A DNA stretch of 61,424 nucleotides, counting the filler. It is 7 parts of 7 records of this genome, joined end to end, with 100 filler letters (N's around TTAATTAATTAA, not from the genome) between each part and the next. Parts side by side here need not be neighbours in the genome. Positions count along the whole stretch, not along the records: positions 57,418 to 61,424 come from SRR7504441_738; 6 more parts are not named here. The stretch is one strand, 5' to 3'. The position numbers and the translations under genes are program-made. Positions 61,375 through 61,424 of the stretch are shown one piece after another (position 1 is the first letter of the stretch; each line of letters begins with the position of its first letter). Below the pieces are notes generated by a model. The model made no database searches and was not told the origin of the DNA. It worked only from the letters and a program-made list of their open reading frames with translations.

Positions 61375-61424
61375 CGCAGTGCCGAACTCGAAATCGGCGG
61401 GCAAGATTCGAACAGCCCGAGCGC

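Overview
This window is not one locus. It is seven unrelated contig pieces of a compact, GC-rich microbial eukaryote (protist) genome, joined by six artificial 100-nt linkers (N-run, TTAATTAATTAA, N-run). I cannot assign the lineage from sequence alone. About 30 protein-coding genes are visible, mostly as tightly packed head-to-head pairs. GC content is very high at gene 5' ends, falls along gene bodies, and is lowest between convergent 3' ends. Many genes contain very short (about 35-60 nt) spliceosomal introns, and an unusually large share of these use weak GC donors and purine-rich 3' ends. Recognisable genes: MAD1 (3' part), ubiquitin-L40 (UBA52, 3' part), CIP2A-like, PCID2/THP1, MCM6, an ETFBKMT/METTL20-like methyltransferase, a 2H cyclic phosphodiesterase, TLC, GH16, ankyrin, LRR, WW, EF-hand, Sfi1-like and a formin C-terminus. 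Best candidates for something new: (1) an intronless eukaryotic homologue of bacterial RiPP-associated alphaKG-HExxH peptide hydroxylases fused to an unknown domain; (2) a DEMETER/ROS1-like glycosylase C-terminal half with a J-domain, in a genome with a 5'-to-3' GC/CpG gradient; (3) a secreted Reeler-rubredoxin fusion; (4) an SF2 helicase with RarA/MgsA-like and TFIIS-N-like modules; (5) a dual-specificity phosphatase-aldo-keto reductase fusion; (6) the GC-AG mini-intron system. All family calls come from motif recognition by eye, and all exon structures are manual predictions.
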